Assembly: GCA_973895155.1 (NCBI GenBank)
Contig: OZ316895.1
Span: 13,760,225-13,824,224, forward strand
From: Marsupella aquatica
Lineage: Eukaryota > Plantae > Marchantiophyta
Direction of reading: 5' to 3'
DNA length: 64,000 nucleotides
Under the pieces are notes generated by a model. The model was not told the origin of the DNA. It was given only the letters and a program-made list of their open reading frames with translations, and made no database searches. Shown one piece after another: positions 26,825 to 39,138 of this stretch. The translations under genes were made by a program, and so were the position numbers. The first letter of the stretch is position 1. Each line of letters begins with the position of its first letter.

Positions 26825-28409
26825 GGAGCCGAGTTAGCAATTTCTTCTTAATATCACAGTTGAGATTACCATATAACATGTATAACATTTGACACATAGT
26901 AGTCTCGATCATCAGTAAGCTGTGCCTGGAAACAAGCATTTCAAAGCCGCCGTGGTGCTGAACTTCGCTGTCTAGCGACCCGAGACAGTGGCTCTAATTA
27001 GCAATTCAGTATGGGCGATACCCATGATGCTACTCGTCTCTACTGCTGGCGCGACCAGGTTTCTTATCAGGTTCCTCCGATCCCAAATCAATCTTCGCAT
27101 AGGAATTCCAGGGTGCTATTGCCAACGCATTTCACTGGAGGGTAACGGTATCTTGGAAGGAAAGCAGGACGATAGTGTTCAATCATGCTCCTCGTGAAGA
27201 ATTGTCTGGCTGGGCAGAGGCATTGGGAAATGTAGAAACTGTAAAGAATATGCCGTTCATCTCAAGTGGTGGAAAGCTTATTTTTATGATTTTGGGAGGA
27301 TTGTATGGCAGTATTAATCGAACTATTTGCGGGGTTGATCCCAGATTGAAGTGTATGACCCCTTAGCTAGTCCAGTCCTTGAGAATCAATCCCGTAGGGC
27401 ACGGTGCGTGGATTGCCAGATGCTTGGATTGCTGGTTCTGAGCTTGCGATGAGAGCTTGAAGGGCCCTGCGTTGGTAGAGCCAGGGGAATTTACAATGCA
27501 ATCCATATTTGCCCAGGTTAAGCGCTCTCAGAATGCTCGTACGTTCCAAACAAGTCTAATCTGATGAGATCAGGCCTGGTCTACCGAGTCAATGTCTCTT
27601 TCGCCACAAGACTAGTGAGAATTCTGAGAGACGTGGTTACCTTAGAAGCGACTTAAAGCAAAGTAGTGGAAGGGACAGGAATGAGATTTTGAAATTCATA
27701 ATGCTGTGTGCAGTAGCGACATATGGCTGTTCGAAAACTGGCTTATCGACAGTGGCGGTGTTTCACTGATCAGTGGTGCTGCCGTGGGAATAAATGACCG
27801 CTAGTTCATATAGAATCTCAAACGTTTGTCCAGTATCGATGAAACAACGATGACAATTGGTGCTCTGTGCTCGAGCTGGACTATTAAACAAAAAATAATT
27901 ACCCAGGGCCAAGAAAGGTACACAAAAGGCACAGAAACGCCCAGGTGAGACAGAAAGAGATAAATTTACTGAATGCACCAAAAATGCCCTACTCGAGAAA
28001 ATATTGGAAAAGGTTCCCAGAGGACCACACTAGAGAAGAGAACCAATAAAAAGAAATCTCCAAATGTATGTCAGCCAAGAATCATGGTTAACATTATAAC
28101 CTTTTAAAACCAACCTACCTGAGTTGGCACACAATGAGTGAAGCTGCTGTCAATTGGGGAAAGAACAGTGTCTACAACGAGAGACGCAACAACACCTGCC
28201 TCTGGTCCTGGCCAGGACTGGTTTAAAGTCTGGATAATTGTTGTTGTGGCAGTCAAACTTTGAAGGTTGGGTTTGCTTATTAATTTGTAAAGACTCTTTA
28301 GTTCACCTTCACATTGTTGGTGGTACCATAGCTTAAGCTTCCAGGGCAGCCTTTGTATTGTTGTGCTCCCTAACACATGCCACCTTGCCTTGGGTGAATT
28401 TGTAGAGAG

Positions 28410-28620
28410 TGTTGAACAAAGATGACATTCACAACAACAAGTCCATAATCATTCAACGCACAAGTAATCGACACATTAGAGATATGTGGTTGACCTTCTC
28501 TGAAACTACGTCCACCGGAACACATGAGAGTTTTACTGCACTCTAGGCCCGTTGGTCATACCAAGTCTCCAAAATACAAGTTCTCCCTCAACTGGCTTTG
28601 TAACACTGAGCCTGAGTTCT
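28410..28620 (-). mobile_element. LTR-like remnant (Copia-type LTR end), related to 55636-55850
   Basis: Starts TGTTG and shares caacgcacaag..gtggtt.acct..ctacgtccac.ggaacaca..tttactgcactctaggcc..cataccaag with the copy at 55.6 kb. No TSD or PBS found. Confidence 0.45.
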
Positions 28621-30553
28621 CTCCTATCCAAGCAAACACTCCATGAGGATACAATGTGTAACATGACTAACCTAACCAAGTCTACGACTAAGGTTAAACC
28701 TAAATACGGTTTCAATCGTAACTCTAGACCTAAGAGTAAATGCCTAACAAACAAGCTACAGGTCGACCTGAAGCCTCCATAGCCAGGGTCGCAAAGCTAC
28801 AATGGTAAGCTCCAATGCACTTTGCAGGAGGTAGTGGGAGCAGTGTTTAGGGTTCTTTGATACTCTTCCTCATTCCTCATTGCAATGTTTTTTTTGCCTT
28901 GAAAACATCTTTTTGAATTCCATTTACAAAGACAACCAAGACAAACAGGTGACCCCAAGGGCAGCAGAGAGGAAACCAAAGGTCATAAGTCTGTGCCAAA
29001 ACACAGGGTGAGCTGGCACCAGGAAAGATGCAAAGGCTTCCAAAAGAAAGACAACTAAACAAGCACCTTAACTACTCCAGTGCGAGTCACACACTCCATG
29101 AGACTGGCCAGTGCTCAGGTTCCAACAAGGTTCCCTTCAGTTGGTCTGCGATAGACGTACTTTACTATTGGTCTAAACTGCATTGAATGCTCTAATCCTG
29201 TTGGACAAACTTAATTCATGGCGGGCAATGTGGGACTGGAGGAACCTGCAATTTGTTCAAGTGCCTGGACTTCCCAAAGACCTGCATGCGCCCTATAGTA
29301 CGTCAAAACACATGCAGTGTACGTATTGGTGGTGGACTTCCCCGCCTAGATCCTCTCTCGGTGTCTGGCCCAGTCTTTCCCTAGGTAGATTCCTAGCCCG
29401 TGCCAGAATTTCTGAATGACAGCATGTGGGTTGGACCGGGTGTGCTCAATGAAGTGGGAACTACAATCCTTCCAGATGTTCCAGCAAAGAATGGTCCGTA
29501 AGATATGCCAAAGCTTGCCTGGAACACTCTGACCACTCCTCCGGGAGAGGTTCAGCCACAAAGATGTGCATCCGTTGTAATCCTGTTAATTCCTCGTTGC
29601 AATGTTTTGGGTTAAGGGATTCCCTATATTAAAAAACTCCCCTCAATCCCCCTCCTTGGTCCACCTTCACTTCACAACCTAGGCCAAACTCATGCCAAAA
29701 CCCTCCCCTTCTTCTCTAAACTTGGTGCCCACACTCTTGACAAACCCACAATTGCTGATTTATGGATAATTACTCAAGGCATGTACATCAAGGTTTAATA
29801 CCTCTATAGTATACATGTGTTCCAGTCGGAAGAGTGTCACATGGACCAGTTGTGACATGCCCCATGGCTCACAAGATTGGAAGAAACCTTAATGCATATT
29901 AGTTTCCTGTACATTTAGATAAAACCTGAAATAGTTATAAAGGATTTGTGCAATAAAACTGACTGTTCTTAGTTTTAACTCAATTATGATTATATATAGG
30001 AATTCAAAATATAGCAGCCTTCAAAAGATTAGTCCATCACTCTGCCCTTCTAACAGTTGAGGAGCAGCTGACTTTGACGTTCATAATCTTCGTTGATATC
30101 CTATGGAAAGGGTTTCTGGTTTGTTAGAAATGGCTTGGAAAGAGCCTAATTGGTCAAATTCCATAGAGAATTAATGAGAGGCCAACAACTTTTCAAAGAT
30201 GACTCTCTAGTTTAAAATTTAGCCCATTTTAGTAATTTAGTTGTGCTAGGCAGAGGAGTAGAAATGAGGGTTCCCCTACCATCCATCTGGCTTGAAAAAT
30301 ACTATTTTATAAATTTTGCAAATGTGGAGATCCATTGTGGCTTCAGTTTCTTTAGAATAACATCCTAGCAATAGGTTTGAAATGGAATCCAATCTGAGCT
30401 TATCGTTTGCATGGCAAAATATTAATTATTACAATGTCAAATGTCACAAAACAAATGGAGTCCATCTGGGAGACCTGAACCACAAGCAAAAGATCTGGTC
30501 AAGGGATGGGCACAAGGAAAGTACCCACAACAAAGCCTACCTACCCTAAACTA

Positions 30554-31067
30554 CTGTCAGCTCTCTCTAAGTGCAAAATCCATAAGCACAAAATGGTTTA
30601 GTGTAAGGCATCGTGTTGTTCCTTTTTATTTGCACCTTCTTTGCACCTTCTTTGCACCTTTTCTAAGGGCAAACAGGTCTGTAACCATTTTGCTAAATGA
30701 CAACTTTACAAATGCAAAACCCTTCATAGGTGCATTTTGGACTCTACTAGAAAAGGATGTGGACTTATCAGTAAGTGCATAATCCCATCATATGCATTTA
30801 CTGATAAGCGCACACTTCTTTGTAAAGTAAAAAAGGCACTTGTGAAGTTGGAGACCAAATCAAGGGTAGGGATGTACAACTTGCAAAAAGAGTGACTAGA
30901 CTGCTCTCTCATGGAGGGGCCACTTATCTATAAGTGCGCATTGAAGGGGTTTGCACTTATCACGGAATACAAAAACTGTTTTAGTGCACATTGGATCCAA
31001 TCTTCCTGAGAGTGTGCACTTACAGAGGGTAACTATCCATGAGTGCACCCTTAGAGAGAGGTAACTG
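30554..31067. mobile_element. Tc1/mariner (pogo-like) MITE, TA target
   Basis: TA|ctgtcagctctctctaag at the left and cttagagagaggtaactg|TA at the right form imperfect TIRs. Internal gcacttat/ataagtgc repeats; a similar repeat block lies at ~61750-61935. Confidence 0.5.
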
Positions 31068-31672
31068 TAATTGAAGAGCCTGGTACAGTACCTACGTAAA
31101 CGCCTACGGGATATCTTTGGGTCGGGTACCTTGTGTCCTCCGAGAGATTTGACTAGAGGGCCCTACTAAGAAATGGAATGAAAGCGAGAACATTGTGTCA
31201 AGGGAAATCAATGTCAAATTTTGTGGTAGTGGCCGGTCCTTGCACTGTCGTTGGCTGTCCTACCATCACTCACTGAACGCGACGCTCCCATCTTACTATT
31301 AATTAGCGAACATAAGCTAGAGGTAGGCTTCTAGAGTGAACTCCAGGGCCCCCAGCCCACCAAATGTATGCCTATGGATAGTAGAATGTATGGTATGTCA
31401 CAATGATTATGTATGCTCATTTTTGTTATCAGTCTATTGTTATTCAAGGAATGGTCAGTCAAGCTTTGTTATTGAAAGAATGGGCGTTCAAGCTCGTACA
31501 TGAAGGACTTCGTCCACTCCCGCAGCTCAGCATCACTTCTGCGCACTCACTGACTCACTGTCTCATTTCTACATCCTGCATTCCGGCTCAACTCTTGTCG
31601 AAGGACTTCTCTACTCGGACGGTTTTCTTACTTAGAGTCTATTTGTGGGTCGAATAGTTACAGGAAGCGGAG

Positions 31673-32974
31673 ATGACGATCAAGGTGTATGGCATGGCCG
31701 TGTCAGGTGCCACAAGCGTAGTCTTGGCCACGCTGTTTGAGAAGGAGGTTACCGATTACGAGCTTGTGACGGTGGATGTGAATAAGGGTGAACAGAAGAA
31801 GCCGGAATATCTGGCCCTCCAGGTAAGGAGCAGAACAGAGGCTGTCTAATTTGCTTATGTAGACCGCTCTCTTTGGTGACTAATTTGCTTCATATGTAGG
31901 CCGCTCTCTTTTGCTGCTTGCTCCCTTTGGAGCTTGACGATTGTGGAACCTGTGATTACTGCGATCTGCATCGACGAGAGGGGTCGTTTGGACGCTGAGA
32001 TTGAAGCAGCTGAGCTCCGCAGGATCGAATTTCGTTAGAGCTCATGCCGTAATGCCGTTGCTCTCGCGTGATACGCTGCTCACTTTCGACTACATTCTCT
32101 TCAGCGTTGAGAGATGCCCTCATGGCTGATCCTGATTTCCGATTCGTAACTTTCTGTACTTACAAAGCAATCACTACATTGAGTTGGTTCTCTTAATTGT
32201 TTTCACAGCCTTTTGGAGTAATCCCAGTGATGCAGGACTGTGATCTTACAATGTTTGGTGAGTCTTGTAACTTGTTTGCGTGCCGCCTTTGCTCTTAGTA
32301 TGGTTACTCTGTAGGTCTCAATGTCTGTCGTCTTGCCCCTTGTTTGAAAAGCCACACAGTTGATCTCGAAGCCGGCCGGTCACGTCCAGCGCTGTAGACT
32401 TGTGGATGTTGAATTGCCTACTGGGAGCGATGCTTGCTTGTGATATACCTTTCGGTATTTTGACCTTGTTGTGTGAATTGTAATTCCAGAATCTCGAGCG
32501 ATTGTTCGCGTTATTGCAGACAAGTTTGAGAAACAAGGAACTCCTCTGTACGGCTCTACCCTAAAGGATAGGGCTTTGGTTGAACAGTGGCTCGAGGTTG
32601 AAAGCCATAACTACCATCCGGCAATGGCACCCTTAGTGGTTGAATTAGTATTGAAGCCATGGAGAGGAGGGGCAACCGATCTTGTCGTTGTGGATGAGCA
32701 CATTGCAAAAGTCGAGAAACTTTTGGACATTTACGAAGCGCATCTCGCGAAGAGCAAGTACTTAGCGGGAGACTTTTTCAGCCTGGCAGATCTGTCCCAC
32801 ATTCAGGGTGCGCATTATCTCTTTACTGTCGCTAAGAAGGGCGAACTTCTTGAGACACGACCTCATGTGAAAGCATGGTTTGACGACATTTCTTCCCGCC
32901 CGTCCTGGAAGAAGGTGCAAGTGCTTGTTGATGCTTGGAAGAAGGAGCAAGTGGATGTTGTCCCCAAGAGCTAG
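31673..32974 (+). CDS. GSTF: Phi-class glutathione S-transferase (copy 1), 3 exons
   Basis: Exons 31673-31822, 32209-32257 and 32490-32974, with the typical plant phi intron positions (YLALQ|PFG, LTMFE|SRAI). Motifs EQWLEVESHNY, YLAGDFFSLADLSH, PHVKAWFDDISSRPSW. Confidence 0.95.
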
Positions 32975-33213
32975 GGCCCTTGCTCTTGTGTTTGATAAAT
33001 TGTACGCCGCTGCAATCTTGCAACGGCAGATCTGGGTATACCGCTTTTCTCCGGTAGTGCGCACTTGGGTCTACAATAGGGTGTCTCATATATAAAAAAC
33101 AATGGCACCTCAGAGTTTACAACTTGGTGATAAATTTCAGGGTACTGAAATATGAGTGGGGTAGTGTGTGACTGGTTTACTTCCAAATTTGGGACCACCC
33201 TAAATCCCTTGGG

Positions 33214-33590
33214 TCCTGGGGCTGTCAAAGCTAAAAAAAGAGACATATCTTGGAGGCTCTAATATAGTTTTCACATATGGTGCCCTACGAGTCATGATCA
33301 TTGCCCCAACCTGCAACAGTCGTTGGGCCTGTCAAAGTTTTAAAAAATAGACATATCCGGGAGGCCCTAATATAGTTCTTACATTTGGTGCCCCACTAGT
33401 CAGGACCATTGCCCCAACCTGCACCTGTCCTGGGGCTTGTCAAAGTTTTAAAAAATAGACATATCTGGGAGGCCCTAATATAGTTCTCACATGCGGTGCC
33501 CCACCAATCAGGACCATTGCCCCAACCCGCAACAGTCCTGGGGGACTGTCAAAGCTAAAAAATCGTGTTATCTGGGAAGCCTTAATATAC
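33214..33590. repeat. ~108-bp tandem repeat, ~3.5 copies
   Basis: The anchor tgtcaaag recurs at ~33223, 33330, 33438 and 33547, with conserved gacatatc..ggaggc.ctaatatagtt..cattgccccaacc. Confidence 0.85.
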
Positions 33591-34313
33591 TTCATCCAAC
33601 AATATATAGGAGTACTCGCTTCGGCACAAATTTCGAGCCTCTGATTGCCTTAGTGTACATACATCGGATCTTTCTAAGTGGATAACACATTGTACAGTTG
33701 CATCGCAAATCTGTTCTGCAACCTCAGTTTCTTCGTCTGGTGAATGAAATCAGGATGCATGAAAGATGCATTGCCTAGCAAAAGTATGATCATTTGGTTG
33801 TAGGAGTGGCATGTGCAGGAGAAGAATTGTTGGCGAAATTGGGAAGAAAATTTTGGCAAATGAACTGATTTAAATAAAATTGAATCATTTTAATTTAAAA
33901 AATGGATTAATTATTGAGTACACACTCACATCTAGTGAAGAATTCTTAACTTCTGGTTCACACTATGCCAATGTGAACAATCTCAATGTTCACACCTCAT
34001 AATCTCAACTCACAATCTCTTATGCACAATCCATGGTCCAATAATGAGAGGGCTACTTGTGTTCTACTTTATTTGAATGTTGTTAATTGGGGTTCACATA
34101 TCCTATTGTGGATTATACATTGTGTCAATTTGTGGTCTACATTTCCTAACGTGGACTATACTAATGTGCAGAACTTATATTAGTGGGCTATGCACCATCC
34201 ATAGTCCAATATTAAGAACAAAAGGCAATCCTGAGGCTAATTAATTAGCATTGATAAGCCCATAAATAGCTGCCCGCCTGTGCCAGTCTCGATTAATAGG
34301 TTAAGGCTGAGTG

Positions 34314-34664
34314 CCGGGTTTGAACTTTCCCATCAAATAGGCCAACAAACACTGTCAAAAAGTCAAGCCGTCAACCGGGTTCAGGTGGGGTCCGGGGGGG
34401 GGAGCCGGGTTGGGGGAGGGTCGGGCCATTCGGGAGACTACACCCCCTACCCCCGACCGACACCCCCCGACAGGCTGAGACCCCGAACCGGGGTCCGGGG
34501 GAGTCTGGGGGAGTCCAGGAAGGGTACGGGAGGAGGCCGGGGAGTGTCCGGGGGAGTCCGGGAGAATATGAGGGAATCTACGTCAAACTGGTTGTTTTGG
34601 GGCCGTCATTTGACGGTTTTATGTGTCCGGCAAGCCGTCAACTTGCCCATCAGGTTAAACCTGG
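34314..34664. mobile_element. 351-bp GC-rich non-autonomous hAT-like element
   Basis: Perfect 8-bp TSD gctgagtg at 34306-34313 and 34665-34672. Imperfect TIRs ccgggtttgaact / aggttaaacctgg. Subterminal ccgtca(a) motifs. Confidence 0.75.
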
Positions 34665-35187
34665 GCTGAGTGGTAGAGCAGCTCATTGGGGCAAGGAACG
34701 TTCCTGGTTCAGAACCCACTGGCTCATCTTGCTTTAAAAATTCATTTTCACCCAAAAGTGAGGTTCATTTATTCTAGTTACACTCAGAAAAAAATTGGAG
34801 AGAGTGGGCAGTGTAAAATTGAGGTGGTGGACAGCATACGTGGGCAGGTAAGGTCAGGAGGCTCATAATGAACCTCAAAATTGGCATTCGGGTTGAATTA
34901 GTCCAATCCTAATGTTGTTAATTTGTGGTCTATATTACCCTAATGTGAACAAGTCACCTTATGATGGAATAAGCACAATATATAGTCCAATAATAAATTA
35001 ACTGTTATTGTTCAATAATAAATGTTTCTATCCCACTATGTTAGTTTCTGGTCTACATTATCTTAATGTGTATAATCCTAATGTGTAAAACTCATAATGG
35101 AATATGCACAATCCCTGGTACATATAGAGGCTTATCCTCCAACTCGCTTGGCTTTTTGTTTTGACCAAAAACATTCTGAGTTTAGGA

Positions 35188-35537
35188 CCACATAGACTAG
35201 TATGTATATCCACCTTCCAGTATTTTGTCTTATTCAAACTTTTTTCTTATGTAGTTTTTATTCAATGTGTCTTGCCAAGGTGCATCCTTGTATAGTTTAG
35301 ATTTTGAATTTATTCTGGCACCGCTCTAAATTTTTTTATCTTTGCTATATTTAAGATCATCCCACATAGACTAGTATGTATATCCACCTTCCAGTATTTT
35401 GTCTTATTCAAACTTATTTCTTTATGTAGTTTTCATTCAATGTGTCTTACACAGGTGCATCCTTGTATAGTTTAGATTTTGAATTTATTCTGGCACCGCT
35501 CTAAATTTTTTAATCTTTGCTATATTTAAGATCATCC
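35188..35537. repeat. ~174-bp near-perfect tandem duplication
   Basis: ccacatagactagtatgtatatccaccttccag...tttgctatatttaagatcatcc occurs twice, back to back. Confidence 0.9.
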
Positions 35538-36704
35538 ACCCTTTAACAAAGCTCACGGACTTTTAGCCCTTATTCTCATGAGTGAAGAAGAAATGATCTA
35601 AATAAAGTGCATTCCTTGTGTCTTTAAGTTCTATTCATGGTTTTGTGTCCAAAATTTATGGTTTTAATTCATTTGAGTGTCATTACTTAAGGTAAGTACA
35701 TAAATATCTCTACTGGTGTCTAGTATGTGCACAACCCAATACCATAGACTTAAACTTTTCCTGTTCTTTATTACTTTGCTTTACATGTGTACTTTTACTC
35801 TTGTGTCTTATGTGCACAATTTTCAATATCATAGCCTATACATCTTCCTAGTTAATGTCCTGTTTAAATTTGCCACAACAAAATGAGCTCACCTGTATTT
35901 CACTAAAAAACAAAAAAGAATCATGTTCCAAGATGAACATGCTATATAGCTACTGTATATCCCCTGTATGCCATGGAGTTAGGGTGGTGAATTTATTGTT
36001 AGTCCTGGCTCAAACCACGGGCCAGGGAGGGAAGGGTAATTAGGCTCATTTGCTAATTATACGGTTTGGCCTTGACGGGCATATTGGGGGTCTTGACCCA
36101 GCATCCCGGTCCACCACCCACCCACCCGGCCCCAGCCCCGACCTAGCTTCGACCCCAACCCGGCCCGGCCCGAACGTCGCCCGGATTTAGTATGGCGTCT
36201 CAAATATGGGCTTTTACCGTGCGGGACAACACCCGGGAGCATTGAGGGTCGGGGCAACGGGCGAGACTGGTCGGGCACCGTTTGTGCGACCCAACCAGTC
36301 ACGCCCGAGAATAAGGACCATATCAGGGACCGAACCATGCTTAACCCAGGTTAACATAGGGTGCAGGGTGAAAGTTGGATGAGCCATGCAACGGCTCGGG
36401 GGGAAAGAGGTCAAGCTCTACCTCGCGATGAGACAGTGGCATCGAGCAGAGAGGGCTAGCAACGGACGACGCGATCAATTAGGAGAAGCTTTGTGAGCTT
36501 CGCTGTGATCAGGGAGTCGAGACACAACAGCTTCAGCAAACTGTAGCAGGCGCTTTACGGTGTGAATTGCTTCGCGCGTTGAGAAGATCTGTAAGGTGCT
36601 CTACGGCCATGAACATTTTGCGCCTGGTTGCTTTTCATGTGATTCAAATTTTTACTGCGTCCTCAAATGCTTGAAATGTTTGTGTCTTGGTGGCATTCCA
36701 AGCC

Positions 36705-37352
36705 ATGGGGGACTGGACACCCCTTGCGGTTGTGGAGGATGCTAGACTGGCTGGAAAAATTGAGTCCTTCCCACCCTCTCTAGTCTGGGCAGGGAACTAC
36801 GTCGCCAGAAATCCTTTTCCAAGGCGTTTTACCTACTCTGCATGTACTGAGCCCCACGAGCCAGGCGTTCTTTGTAAGAAGTCTTTGGAGTTTGGTCGGA
36901 AATGTGGGCATTCCGCCCCTGGAGAGCCCAAGTATCGATTCCAACTCATTTTGTTTGATGTTGTGAATGGTGGCACACCCCCACTCAAAGCTCTCACCTG
37001 GGATCAGGCATCTGTGCTCCTCAATTTGCAGCCAAGGGCATTCAGCCTTTTAGATGAGAATGAGCAATTAGTCACTGTTCAAAAAATCATGCAGAAATGT
37101 CACAAATTGCGTGTCTGGCTTTCTGTGAAAGACCTGGAGCTACACATCCACCGCCTGGCATTTACGGACTTAGCTGGTACAAGTAGTCCTTCCCTACATT
37201 TACGTAGCAGTACTGTAGCAAATTCTCCAAGCCAGAGTACACCAATCAAATAGGCTATACAAGTCGAAGGCACACCCACAAAGCCAAAGAGTGCCAAAAA
37301 AATTCTGGCTAATTTGATATTGGCTCTTCAGGACACTGACCTTATAGACTAG
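36705..37352 (+). pseudogene. RPA70 C-terminal (DBD-C)-like zinc-binding OB-fold gene inside the transposon; in-frame TAG at 37251
   Basis: WTPLAVVEDARLAG..FTYSAC..LCKKSL..KCGH..PKYRFQLILFD..ALTWDQASVLLN parallels RPA1 WKTL..YxAC..CNKKV..CxKC..YRxILxxxIxD..VTxFxExAExILG. The frame continues 32 codons past the TAG to a helix-like end (KILANLILAL). Confidence 0.7.
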
Positions 37353-37610
37353 GGTCCTTATGACTGTGATATGTATTCACATATACTGTTGGGTTTGTAA
37401 CTGAGTAATGCATACCTCTGCCAGTATTTTGTCATCGCTTGGCATAGGATTTTTCATTTTTGTGCTGTAAATGTCTATTTTATGAATTCGCCTTCTGTAT
37501 ATTGAAGTTGACTTTGTATTTATGGGAATTGTGCAATGAGTGTACTAGTGTGACTCTGAACATGGATTTCTTTGGCTTGTACCTTTTTCCATAACCATAC
37601 ATCGCTTATT

Positions 37611-39137
37611 ATGCCTCGTGTTTCACAGCGCCAGAAACAGTTGAGGGAAGTCAGGCATGAACTTCAACTATACATTGCTTTGGAGTCCTTTGACTCTTCA
37701 TCTGATGCAGACTCACTTGACCTATCAGTGGGTTACTTGGAGGCAAAGGATCAGGGCAATGTTGCCATTTTATCAGACTCGAACACTGACTTCCATATGG
37801 ACTCTACTTCAGACTCAGAGAAGTCTGAAAACTCACAGAAGTCAGACCTTGCTGAGGAGAACAAAGTTCCTACTTCACTATTTGAACTATACTTTTTGTT
37901 GTACAACACGAGGTTCTTTGTCTCAAGGCATGTGACTAGTAAATCAGATGACTTTGTCACCCAATACTTCCACAACTTGCCTGTTACACTTTTCAGACAA
38001 CTTACGAGAATGGACAAGCACACTTTCTTTGGCCTGGTAGATAAGATTGAATCTCATCCCATTTTTGAGAACCATTCCAACTATGGGCAAGCCCCCATCA
38101 TTACCCAGTTAGTAGTATGTCTTGACAGACTAGGTCATGATGGTAATGGGGCCTGTATAAACCATTTGATTCCTACTTGGGGAGTTAGTTGTGGCTCTCT
38201 AGTGAATTTCAGCAAGCGTTGTTTTGTTGCCCTAGAGGCAGTGTTGTCTGACCAAATTACTTGGCCAGACATCAGTGAGAGAGCACAAATTTAAGAAGCT
38301 TTTGCATCTCATGGCTTCCCTGGATGTGTAGGGCTCATTGATGGGTCCCTCATGCCATTGACACAGCGGCCAAAGCAAGATGGAGAATGCTATTATGATA
38401 GAAAGAGTCGCTACTCTATAAACACTCAGGTTGTGTGTGACCACAGGCGGAAGATTTTGTTCATGTTCTCAGGTAATTTAATTTATGTTGCCATACTCCA
38501 ATTTAAATGTACATTGTGATGCGAACTGTGAATGTGAGGACTCACTGACCATTCTGTCTGAATGCCTTCAGGAATGCCAGGGTCGTGTGGTGACCTGGCA
38601 AGCCTAAGGAGGTCTCCATTGTGGCCCTATTGTAATCAAGTGGGTGTAAATGTATTGTTCCAGGAAGGGCAGTACTTATTGGGCGACTCTGGCTATCAAG
38701 TTTGTCCCCATTTAGTATGTTACTTCAAACGTGCAGATATTTCAGACAACAGGGAGGACTTCAATACTTGTGTGGCTAAATGTCGTGTCACAAATGAGCA
38801 TTGTATTGGAGTCTTGAAGTCACGTTGGCATTCACTGAAAGAGGTGAGGGTGCAACTGAATGAAAAAAAAGATTTGGTTTGGATGGTGAGATGGATTAGC
38901 CTTTGTTGTAAGCTTCACAACTATGTTATCAATGAGAATGATGAGTGGACCGAAGAAGACCAGCTGGAGAACCAGGACTCATGGGAGGCCGCTGACCAAA
39001 CTGAGTATGAAGGTCAACAGAGGGCATCAAGGCGGGCAACATCACAAGCCAGAAATGCCCTTCTATTGCAGGTCATGGATTATGCCCTACAATTTAATAG
39101 GGGCCCAGGACGATTTTTATGGACCGGCCTTGAGTGA
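37611..39137 (+). pseudogene. Harbinger/PIF DDE transposase with one intron (38473-38571) and a premature TAA at 38292
   Basis: Motifs FRQLTRMDKHTF, ITWPD, GFPGCVGLIDGS, YYDRKSRYSINTQVVCD, SG|MPGSCGD, YLLGDSGY, NEHCIGVLKSRW and CCKLHNY. The intron is GT-AG and phase-consistent. Confidence 0.92.
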
Positions 39138-39138
39138 C

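Noticed and set aside
33214-33590. Regularly spaced repeats as a CRISPR-like array (also 15033-15515 and 48170-50400)
   Set aside because: Whole units repeat with no unique spacers, no cas genes are present, and the context is eukaryotic.
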